Assembly (NCBI GenBank): GCA_964519915.1
Contig: CAZFMI010000017.1
Span: 1,415 to 65,414 of the forward strand
Length of the DNA: 64,000 nucleotides
Direction: 5' to 3'
Source: an uncultured Geomonas sp.
Lineage (GTDB): Bacteria > Desulfobacterota > Desulfuromonadia > Geobacterales > Geobacteraceae
The stretch's first letter is position 1; every line of letters starts with the position of its first letter. Below, one piece after another: positions 8,545-15,741 of this stretch. The notes below the pieces were generated by a model. The model was given only the letters and a program-made list of their open reading frames with translations, was not told the DNA's origin and did not search any database. Both the position numbers and the translations under genes were made by a program.

Positions 8545-10008
8545 TTATAGGTCCATATTCTTACTTAGTTGTAACCATTCCGTATACCTTTTATGGTATT
8601 CACCAGATTCATGTATCCACTCTTCTTCATACTCCTCCTCAGATTGGGGAACATCTTCAGAGTTAATCTCACTCCTCAGAGTCTGAATATCAAGCTCATA
8701 AGCAGTTAGATCTGCTTTACAGCCTATTGTTGTACCAATTTGGGTATTTACCTCCGAAGCCATAACCTCTAGCAAATCTTTCTTGTACTTACGTTGCACA
8801 ATAAAACTGTCATGTATCCCAAGTGCTACTATACCTCGTCGGCCCAAGGAAAGCATGATTCCTTCGGCTATTTTTGAATCAATATACTGAAGCTTAATAC
8901 CGAATCCTGATAAAATATATTTATTGATAGCACAATGTTTATTTTTGAAAGCTAATATTACCGATTCAACAGAAACATTAGCGAATAAGTCTTTGTAACC
9001 TTTTTCCATAATCATACTATTGGCAGCTTTAACAGCTGAATTCATATCTTTAGTATTTAACAAGATGTTGAAAATCCGCTTTAGAGGCTTTCTGGCGTTA
9101 TCTGGTAAGTCACACACACTGTAAACGTCATCCACAGGAACGGGTAAACCTTCAAGTATATACAGAATATTTGCGTGATATCCCGTAAAATCTATTTCAA
9201 TTGTGGTTTCGTTGTCGATGGTTATGTAGGGCCTGTACCTACTAGGGACAGATTGCCACCAGCCGTTGTAAAATCTCCCTCCATCAGCGAATGACGAGTT
9301 ATTGAAAATTCGCTTCATCTTTATCCTGCTATAGTCAATAACCTCAGGGTGGTTCTCGTGGTCTAGTCGCTGTTTTATTCTTGCCCTTTCATTGAATTCT
9401 TTGATTTCTTTATCTGAGATGCGTAACCCAAGGAAATGCTGTTGATATAGAAAGTTTATAAATTTTAGATTTTGGCGCATTTCAGTTGTCGTAGCAGTTT
9501 CAGCGTAGTCTATCAATTTCTTTTCAGCATCCTTTAGGATTATTACCTCTTCATCCTCTGCCCTTTCGATAAAAATAGGAGAGAATTCAAAACGTTCTTC
9601 TAAAAGCGTAATTAGTTTATTGGTTGCTCTGAGTCTAGCATCTCTAAAATGTTTCTGTTTTTTAAAACTGAACCCTTTCACACCTTCAACATAGGCTAGC
9701 TTTTTAAGTGCATCTATAATTTTTATAGTTGAATCGAACTTAATATCGACAGCGTTATACCTTTTTATCAGATTATAACGATTACGATTCCTTGAATAGG
9801 AAGTGTATAGAAGTGGGTTGACACGGAAATTTCTATATATATTAACGATGATTAGCAGCAAGTGCTCGTTATGACGTTCATGCCACCTCTGAAATTCACA
9901 GCTGTCTTTTATCTCTCTGGCTATGTACGCTATGGCATCGTAAAAACGTGCGGTGCAAGCTGAAACATTTGTATCAAGCGGGATAGAATAGTCATAATTT
10001 CGGGGCAT
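8545..10008 (-). CDS. 487 aa island protein with family-A polymerase / T7-RNAP-like palm motifs
   Basis: ADGGRFYNGWWQSVPSR (243-257) compares with TGRLSSxxPNLQNIPxR. EIDFTGYHANILY (D273) compares with DYSQIELRIMA. RKPLKRIFNILLN (R306, K310) compares with RRSAKAINFGLIY. GIHDSFIV (H399, D400) compares with VHDE / IHDSFG. The gene is AT-rich. Confidence 0.75.
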   Translation of the reverse strand: MPRNYDYSIPLDTNVSACTARFYDAIAYIAREIKDSCEFQRWHERHNEHLLLIIVNIYRNFRVNPLLYTSYSRNRNRYNLIKRYNAVDIKFDSTIKIIDALKKLAYVEGVKGFSFKKQKHFRDARLRATNKLITLLEERFEFSPIFIERAEDEEVIILKDAEKKLIDYAETATTTEMRQNLKFINFLYQQHFLGLRISDKEIKEFNERARIKQRLDHENHPEVIDYSRIKMKRIFNNSSFADGGRFYNGWWQSVPSRYRPYITIDNETTIEIDFTGYHANILYILEGLPVPVDDVYSVCDLPDNARKPLKRIFNILLNTKDMNSAVKAANSMIMEKGYKDLFANVSVESVILAFKNKHCAINKYILSGFGIKLQYIDSKIAEGIMLSLGRRGIVALGIHDSFIVQRKYKKDLLEVMASEVNTQIGTTIGCKADLTAYELDIQTLRSEINSEDVPQSEEEYEEEWIHESGEYHKRYTEWLQLSKNMDL

Positions 10009-10159
10009 GTGCGTGTCCTTGTGAAAGCGGAAAATTTACAGGAACATTTTCAGAAGAAGTGAATGTGGGAGAGCTTGAGGTGGGGCTGCTGCGGCGTGTG
10101 GCCGCCCTTTATTAGATGGGCGCCGCCACCTCCTGTAACGGATATACAACTAACTTCTC

Positions 10160-10177
10160 ACTTCCGATATCGGAAGT
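10160..10177. promoter_or_regulatory. 18 bp perfect palindrome ACTTCCGATATCGGAAGT (candidate protein-binding site)
   Basis: Read directly, about 150 bp upstream of the 487 aa gene. Related TTCC..GGAA inverted repeats occur at 10333-10345 and 10349-10368. Confidence 0.4.
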
Positions 10178-10456
10178 TGCGCCCATACGGAATTACCCTT
10201 GACGCTGGCCCAGCATGCGTAATATTGCAGCACCTCTTAGGAGGTATGCTTTTTCGGACAAGTCGGAATGATTAGCAACACCTAGACGATCTTGTATTTA
10301 CTTTGGACATGCCCGTAAAAAATCTGCAAGGCATTCCATCGGAATTTGTTCCGAGGGGTGTCTCGGAAGGTTCAAAAATTGAAAAACAGCCTATATCTGG
10401 CCTAAGCAGGGCAAAATACTAGCAATAATTTTGTTCTTAACATGACACCTCCCCCT

Positions 10457-11029
10457 CTAAGCCGTCCTTAGATACTGGTAAAGGGTTTCCCTGCTTATCC
10501 CCATATCGCGTGCTATGCTGGCCTTTTTCTCGCCTGCGGCGACTCTTGCCTTGATCGTCGCAACATGGTCTTCGGTGACGCTACGTTTCCTACCCTCGTA
10601 CTTCCCCTTGGCCTTAGCTATAGCAATCCCTTCCTTCTGGCGCTCTCTAAGCAATGCCCTTTCGAATTCGGCGAAGCTACCCATGATACTCAAAAGGAGA
10701 TTTGCCATTGGGCTGTCATCACCTGTAAAGGTGAGTCCTTCCTTTAAAAATTGAATTTTTATGCCTCTGCCAGTCAAGTCCTTTACGATTCGGCGGAGAT
10801 CGTCAAGGTTACGCGCTAACCGATCCATGGAATGGACGACGGTAGTATCACCTTGCCTCACGAATTTCAGCATGGCCTCTAGTTGAGGGCGTTTAGCATC
10901 CTTCCCGCTGCACTTGTCTGCAAATACCTTGTCTAGCTCAAGCCCCTCTAACTGCCTATCCGTTTTCTGATCTATTGAGCTAACGCGAACATAGCCAACG
11001 AGTTGCCCCTTCATGCTACCCTCCTCCAA
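10457..11029 (-). CDS. Serine recombinase (resolvase/invertase family)
   Basis: LVGYVRVSSIDQKTDRQ (catalytic Ser), VVHSMDRLARN, LRERQKEGIAIAKAKGKYEGRKR and the C-terminal HTH ASIARDMGISRETLYQYL. Confidence 0.9.
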   Translation of the reverse strand: MEEGSMKGQLVGYVRVSSIDQKTDRQLEGLELDKVFADKCSGKDAKRPQLEAMLKFVRQGDTTVVHSMDRLARNLDDLRRIVKDLTGRGIKIQFLKEGLTFTGDDSPMANLLLSIMGSFAEFERALLRERQKEGIAIAKAKGKYEGRKRSVTEDHVATIKARVAAGEKKASIARDMGISRETLYQYLRTA

Positions 11030-11277
11030 ACAGAAATAGTGTCAGCTTAGGTTCTATAACATATCGTTGGTGTTGTCAACTAACAACTGAATCAACCCTA
11101 TTCTGACACAGTCGGGTAAACTAGCTGACGTCAGGCTGGGGTATACCCTACCCCGACAAAAAAAAACAAGGCAAATAAAAGGGTTGCAGAGTTAGGAAAA
11201 ATATTTTAAAAACACTCAAGCTTCCTGTCGCCACACACTATCAAATCAGCAGCAGATGTAATTCTCTTGAGGGAACC

Positions 11278-12087
11278 ATGGCGATTACAGATGTTGAGTT
11301 TATGAAAACAAAGGACGGAAAGGTGGCTCTGTGTATAATCCATGACCTTTCCGACGAACTAAAACTGTTGATTCGAAAGGATTTGTCAACGGTTTGCCAC
11401 GGGGCCGCGAAAGTGGCTTCAGGCAACAAAATATATTCCTACAAATCGACCTTAAAAGCCTTCTTATCGCGCTACGAAACAAAAACCGAAAAAACTAAAA
11501 CGGGTATGATTGGTGAGCTTTTGTGTCACATCACTCTATATCATTTTTACACAAATCTTAAGCCTGCCTCTCCTTTTTTCAATATGGAGGAAGGAAGTAT
11601 AAAGAAAGGTTTTGACCTCATTGCTATAGAAAAAGGTGGCAAAGGCTTTTACTTTACTGAAGTAAAATCTGGTAAAGTTGGTAAGCTTGACAAAGATAAA
11701 AAAATTCATGCTCTCATAGATTTAGCCAAGACGGATCTTGAAGACAGAATTCCGAACAGTGATTCGACATTATGGTACTCAGCGATTAACAATGTCGAGT
11801 TATCCCTTGAGTCAGGTAAACCTGAAAAAACTATCCTCATAAACTGTCTCAGCGAATTTTTTGAAGCTGCGGAATCTGGAACGGATAAAACGGGTGATGC
11901 TCGTGTAATACTGGTTCCTGTTTTGTTTGAATCTACCACCAACACTCTCGACCTTAGCACTCTGATTTCAAAGAGCAGTAACATACAGAGTAATAAGACC
12001 TTTTGTGATTGCATCGTCTTTGCAATTCAGAAATCTACCTTAGAAAAAGTTGAAGAGTTTTTAAAGATAGAGTCCACACTGCCATGA
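11278..12087 (+). CDS. hamA: PD-(D/E)xK-like nuclease-fold protein, HamA (DUF1837)-type candidate
   Basis: 269 aa. E80 (GMIGELL), D113 (GFDLIAIE) and E128-x-K130 (YFTEVKSGK) each follow a hydrophobic strand. The stop overlaps the ATG of the downstream helicase (ATGA). Confidence 0.7.
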   Translation: MAITDVEFMKTKDGKVALCIIHDLSDELKLLIRKDLSTVCHGAAKVASGNKIYSYKSTLKAFLSRYETKTEKTKTGMIGELLCHITLYHFYTNLKPASPFFNMEEGSIKKGFDLIAIEKGGKGFYFTEVKSGKVGKLDKDKKIHALIDLAKTDLEDRIPNSDSTLWYSAINNVELSLESGKPEKTILINCLSEFFEAAESGTDKTGDARVILVPVLFESTTNTLDLSTLISKSSNIQSNKTFCDCIVFAIQKSTLEKVEEFLKIESTLP

Positions 12088-14528
12088 AAACACCACTTAC
12101 ATTAAAAACAATTAGAGCGACTAACATTGATGCGATTATTCAACATCTGAATCTTAAAGATTTGAATAGCGGGCAATGTATAGCTATATTGAAGATATGC
12201 TTGTTATTCTTAAACAGCAACAACGATGAAATAAAGGAATTTGGCTATCGTATTTTACTAAAGCTTTGCAATAAAACCCGCAATTACATACCTCTTTATG
12301 ATGTTGCAACAAACCTAGGTTACATTCCTATAGCCAACATGTTGAAACGAGGGCAGTACATAGCCGTAACTGATTCTTTTATACACACTTTAATGGATGG
12401 TTACCGAGAAAGATTTAGACAGGATGACAATTATCAAACTGAAAATCAAAAAGAACTTTTCGACTCATTTTCAGATTTATCTGAGCAAACAGTTGCGGTG
12501 GTAGCCCCTACATCTTATGGCAAATCACAATTAATAGAATTCACCGTTCAAAGCCATCCTAGTAGCAATATAGGTATCGTAGTTCCATCTAAAGCACTGA
12601 TTTCTCAAACAAGAAGAAGGGTTTTAGAGGGATTGCCGCTTGAAAAGAGACGACAGGTTATTGTTCACCATGATATGAACTTTAGCCAAGACAAGCCTAT
12701 TGTCGCGATAGTAACCCAAGAACGTCTTTTGAGGATGTTTCAAAAATATCCTTCCTTACAATTTGATATATTATTTATAGATGAGGCTCACAACCTTTTA
12801 AGTGGTGACAAGCGCTCTAGGCTTTTGGCAAGTGCGATAATTATTGCTAAATCTAGATGCAAAAGTATTGCGATCAAATATCTTACTCCCTTTTTAGTTA
12901 CTTCAGATAGCCTAAATATAATCGCAGACACGCCCAATATCAAAGAAATCAAAATAAACGAAAAGCTAAAAACCGAAGATTACTACATTTGCGATTTCTC
13001 TTCTGGTTGCCAACTGCGATTCTATGATCAATTTTTGAATAAATTCTTCGACATTCCCGAAGCCGTGTATAGCGACGATACACAGCTTTTATTCGACAAG
13101 AAAAAGCAAAAGAATGTTGTTTATCTTAACAAACCCAAGGACATAGAGGAATTTGCACAGGTTCTCTGTGAAAAGCTCCCTACCCGAAACTCCAAAAAAA
13201 TCGAGAAACTTTGCGAGGAAATCGCTGATTATGTGCACCCGAGCTACAGAATACTTGATTGTTTGAGAAAAGGGCTCGCATATCATCATGGATCAATTCC
13301 AGATAGCGTTAGAACCTATATTGAAAATGCTTTTAGACATAATCCTTCGATATCGTGGATAGTTACTAGCTCCACATTGCTCGAAGGCGTTAATATACCT
13401 GCCGATGTCTTATTTATTCTAGACCCTCGGCGTGGCCCAAGAAATTTAAAACCCTCTGAGTTCAGAAACTTAGTTGGCAGAATAAATAGGTTCAGCGAGA
13501 TATTCGATCCAGAAAATGGTGTTCCACAACTTTTAATACCCGATATCTATCTTATTTCTTCAAATTACACTAGATCAAAAGCTAACATTGAAAAATTTAT
13601 CCAACATGTTGCAAAAATTGATTTGACGATTGAAGATGAGATAGAAAACCCCCTTTTAGCAGGTTCAGGGGATTCTGAAGACACATTATCTGAACGTGAT
13701 GAGGATTTAACCTTCATAGAAAATATAGAGCCTAACGCGAGCTGGCGCGAAGAGGCAAAGCTTGCAAACAGCGAGGTAGGAAGGCTATGTTTTATTCATA
13801 ATATTTATGAGCTAGACATTTTGAGGTATGAACGTCTATTAGCTATCCAAGTTGACGAATTAATTGAAGAAAATAGAATTGTAAAATCTTCAACAGACCT
13901 AATGGATATTATAAATGAGTTATTTATCTCAAAAATAGATGATGACAGGAAAAATGAAAATCTTCTCCGCCTTCGCAACAGCTCGGCTCGTGGCTTTTAT
14001 TCAATGTTTTTCGATTGGAGAATTAACCAAGTCAATTATCAACGGATGATTGGGAGTTTTGTTCGTTACTGGAAGGCCATTCTAAAAAATGAAGATGATG
14101 CCCTAGTTTATGCGGGAAGGTGGGGGAATGTTGCAAGAAGTGGTCACATAGCTAATTATATTGATCTAAAAGCTTTATCAGAATATGAGATGATAAACTT
14201 GGCAATAGTTAGAATAAAAGAGGAACAAGATTTTGTGGACAATAACCTTGTTAAGTTCGTTGAAGTAGTCAATGACTTGAATCTTTTAGATCATGATATC
14301 TACAATAAGGTTAAATATGGCACTACCGACAAATTACAAATTGGATTAATAAGAAGTGGTCTATCACACATAGCAGCCAATGTACTTGCGTCAAAATATA
14401 TTAAATATGTTACGCTGGATTCTAACGGCTCCATTCTTATTTCAAATGATATCAAACAGGCCTTCAGGCTGAAAAACGAAAAGGAGCTTATCAGCAGTGA
14501 GGTTCTATGGTCAGGTTTACTCGGATAA
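12084..14528 (+). CDS. hamB: DEAH-box SF2 helicase, HamB-type candidate
   Basis: 814 aa. Walker A VVAPTSYGKSQ, DEAH in LFIDEAHNL, GLAYHHGSIP, TSSTLLEGVNIPA and VGRINR (Ski2/Hel308-like motifs). The C-terminal region is long and uncharacterised. Confidence 0.8.
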   Translation: MKTPLTLKTIRATNIDAIIQHLNLKDLNSGQCIAILKICLLFLNSNNDEIKEFGYRILLKLCNKTRNYIPLYDVATNLGYIPIANMLKRGQYIAVTDSFIHTLMDGYRERFRQDDNYQTENQKELFDSFSDLSEQTVAVVAPTSYGKSQLIEFTVQSHPSSNIGIVVPSKALISQTRRRVLEGLPLEKRRQVIVHHDMNFSQDKPIVAIVTQERLLRMFQKYPSLQFDILFIDEAHNLLSGDKRSRLLASAIIIAKSRCKSIAIKYLTPFLVTSDSLNIIADTPNIKEIKINEKLKTEDYYICDFSSGCQLRFYDQFLNKFFDIPEAVYSDDTQLLFDKKKQKNVVYLNKPKDIEEFAQVLCEKLPTRNSKKIEKLCEEIADYVHPSYRILDCLRKGLAYHHGSIPDSVRTYIENAFRHNPSISWIVTSSTLLEGVNIPADVLFILDPRRGPRNLKPSEFRNLVGRINRFSEIFDPENGVPQLLIPDIYLISSNYTRSKANIEKFIQHVAKIDLTIEDEIENPLLAGSGDSEDTLSERDEDLTFIENIEPNASWREEAKLANSEVGRLCFIHNIYELDILRYERLLAIQVDELIEENRIVKSSTDLMDIINELFISKIDDDRKNENLLRLRNSSARGFYSMFFDWRINQVNYQRMIGSFVRYWKAILKNEDDALVYAGRWGNVARSGHIANYIDLKALSEYEMINLAIVRIKEEQDFVDNNLVKFVEVVNDLNLLDHDIYNKVKYGTTDKLQIGLIRSGLSHIAANVLASKYIKYVTLDSNGSILISNDIKQAFRLKNEKELISSEVLWSGLLG

Positions 14529-14586
14529 GGAAGCGGGTTTCTCAATTTGACAGCCCTTATCTTTCCTGTTGAGGTTGCCTGACGGA

Positions 14587-14614
14587 TTTTTGCCACACAT
14601 TTTGCCACACAAAA
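14587..14614. repeat. Tandem TTTTGCCACACA(AAA) motifs at the right island end
   Basis: tttttgccacaca followed by ttttgccacacaaaa. The second is identical to the motif at 6385-6399. Confidence 0.8.
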
Positions 14615-14672
14615 CTTAGGCAGAAGTTCGGAGCACAATCAAGCCTTCCAAGATTAAACTACTGATTTTGCT

Positions 14673-14747
14673 GGGCGATTAGCTCAGCGGGAGAGCACTG
14701 CCTTCACACGGCAGGGGTCACTGGTTCGAACCCAGTATCGCCCACCA
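14673..14747 (+). tRNA. tRNA-Val (anticodon CAC), copy 2, at the right island junction
   Basis: 75/75 nt identical to 6252-6326. It has no recognisable native promoter upstream, but the native-looking terminator follows it. Confidence 0.95.
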
Positions 14748-14757
14748 TGCAAACAGC

Positions 14758-14790
14758 AAAGGCCGAGTCGAAAGACTCGGCCTTTTTCGT
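14758..14790 (+). terminator. Rho-independent terminator downstream of tRNA-Val copy 2
   Basis: Stem AAAGGCCGAGTC / GACTCGGCCTTT with loop GAAA, followed by a T-run. Confidence 0.75.
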
Positions 14791-14871
14791 TGCTGCCATT
14801 TTATGCAGGCCTATCTGGCGGAAGACCCTCGCTGAGCAGCTGAGCGAACCTTACTCCGGGAACCGCTGCTA

Positions 14872-15102
14872 TTAGTCTTTCTGCCCCGTCCCCTCGGTCC
14901 TTTTCACCATGGCGAGGTTATCGATGCAGGCTGCCAGGTTGTTGCGCACGAACTGCAGCGTGTCGAAGTGGTTGTCGACCGTGACCAGACGCACCTGGTC
15001 GGGGATTTCGCAAGGCGCGCTCTTGTTCGTCAGGGACACCTCCAATATGCAGTAATCAAATGGGTCCGTCTTCTTGCCGTTAGACCGGTCTCTGTACGCC
15101 AT
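14872..15102 (-). CDS. Hypothetical protein (76 aa)
   Basis: Internal ATG of ORF 14872..15177, with GGAGG 6 nt upstream: MAYRDRSNGKKTDPFDYCILEVSL... No family recognised. Confidence 0.5.
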   Translation of the reverse strand: MAYRDRSNGKKTDPFDYCILEVSLTNKSAPCEIPDQVRLVTVDNHFDTLQFVRNNLAACIDNLAMVKRTEGTGQKD

Positions 15103-15348
15103 GTGCGACCTCCATTGCCACTTTGATGGTTGAGATACTACATTCGCATGGGGGTCCGTCGGTTTTTCACTGCCCACGCTACGGGCAATGACAAGATAAG
15201 TCTGTGATTCGAATCACAGGAGCAACAGAAGGCTGCACGCCATCCGCACAACAGCAAAGGCCAAGTCAAACGACTTGGCCTTTGCCATATCGGCTTCAGA
15301 AAATTCTCCCTGAAGCACAACCCTCCTGGACAGAAATTCCACAAGCAA

Positions 15349-15471
15349 TCACTTCTTGCCCGTGCCCTTGCACATGTTGCAAGGGACAACTTCAACATCG
15401 TACCCTGACTGGCGCGAAGCTGTTGATATTTTGCCTTTACCTTTGCATTTAGGACAAGTGGAGGTAAACAT
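15349..15471 (-). CDS. 40 aa protein with two DnaJ-type CxxCxGxG zinc-finger motifs (below the ORF-track cutoff)
   Basis: Hand translation gives MFTSTCPKCKGKGKISTASRQSGYDVEVVPCNMCKGTGKK. GGAGG lies upstream of the ATG. Confidence 0.45.
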   Translation of the reverse strand: MFTSTCPKCKGKGKISTASRQSGYDVEVVPCNMCKGTGKK

Positions 15472-15658
15472 GAGGTCCTCCTTTGACAGTGTCTGTGTGC
15501 TGCTATGAGTACGATTTTAGCAAAAACGGGCGAAACATCATAGCAGGTAGTGAAAGAGAACCTCGGAGTCTGTCCCGCAAGGCAGGCGTGAATCGAGGAA
15601 ACGCCCCCCCGACCAGGTACGACTGCCGGAGCCTGGGGGGGCGACCGCTTCCACGCGC

Positions 15659-15708
15659 AGAAAAAAGGCCAGGCGGCCCGACGTCTTAGTCGCGGCTCAC
15701 CTGGCCTT
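15659..15708 (-). terminator. Terminator-like hairpin downstream of the OMP gene
   Basis: On the minus strand, AAGGCCAGG...CCTGGCCTT is followed by TTTTTTC. The loop region is long. Confidence 0.5.
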
Positions 15709-15741
15709 GGGTCTGCTGCTAGTTGTTCCCCGAGAAGGGGA

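Larger units (their letters stand above)
6252..14747. mobile_element. tRNA-Val-associated integrative genomic island (about 8.4 kb insert bounded by duplicated tRNA)
   Basis: An 82 bp perfect direct repeat (6251-6332 = 14672-14753) includes the complete tRNA. The interior is visibly AT-rich compared with GC-rich flanks. A tyrosine integrase gene lies immediately next to the left tRNA copy, and a serine recombinase lies inside. Confidence 0.8.

Noticed and set aside
10063-10275. 70 aa + strand ORF in the island spacer
   Set aside because: It has no RBS and a Trp/Arg/Pro/Gly-rich product, and it spans the palindromic non-coding region. It is more likely regulatory DNA.
11039-11109. Invertible promoter switch for the defence operon, formed by GTGTCAG/CTGACAC
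   Set aside because: The arms are only 7 bp and the enclosed segment is about 57 bp, which is too short for a typical Hin/Gin-type invertible element. It is kept only as a speculative alternative within the res-site finding.
11241-12014. Minus-strand ORFs overlapping the hamA-like gene (11241..11429, 11300..11482, 11706..12014)
   Set aside because: They are antisense to a gene with an ATG, an RBS and coupling to the helicase. No motifs were found.
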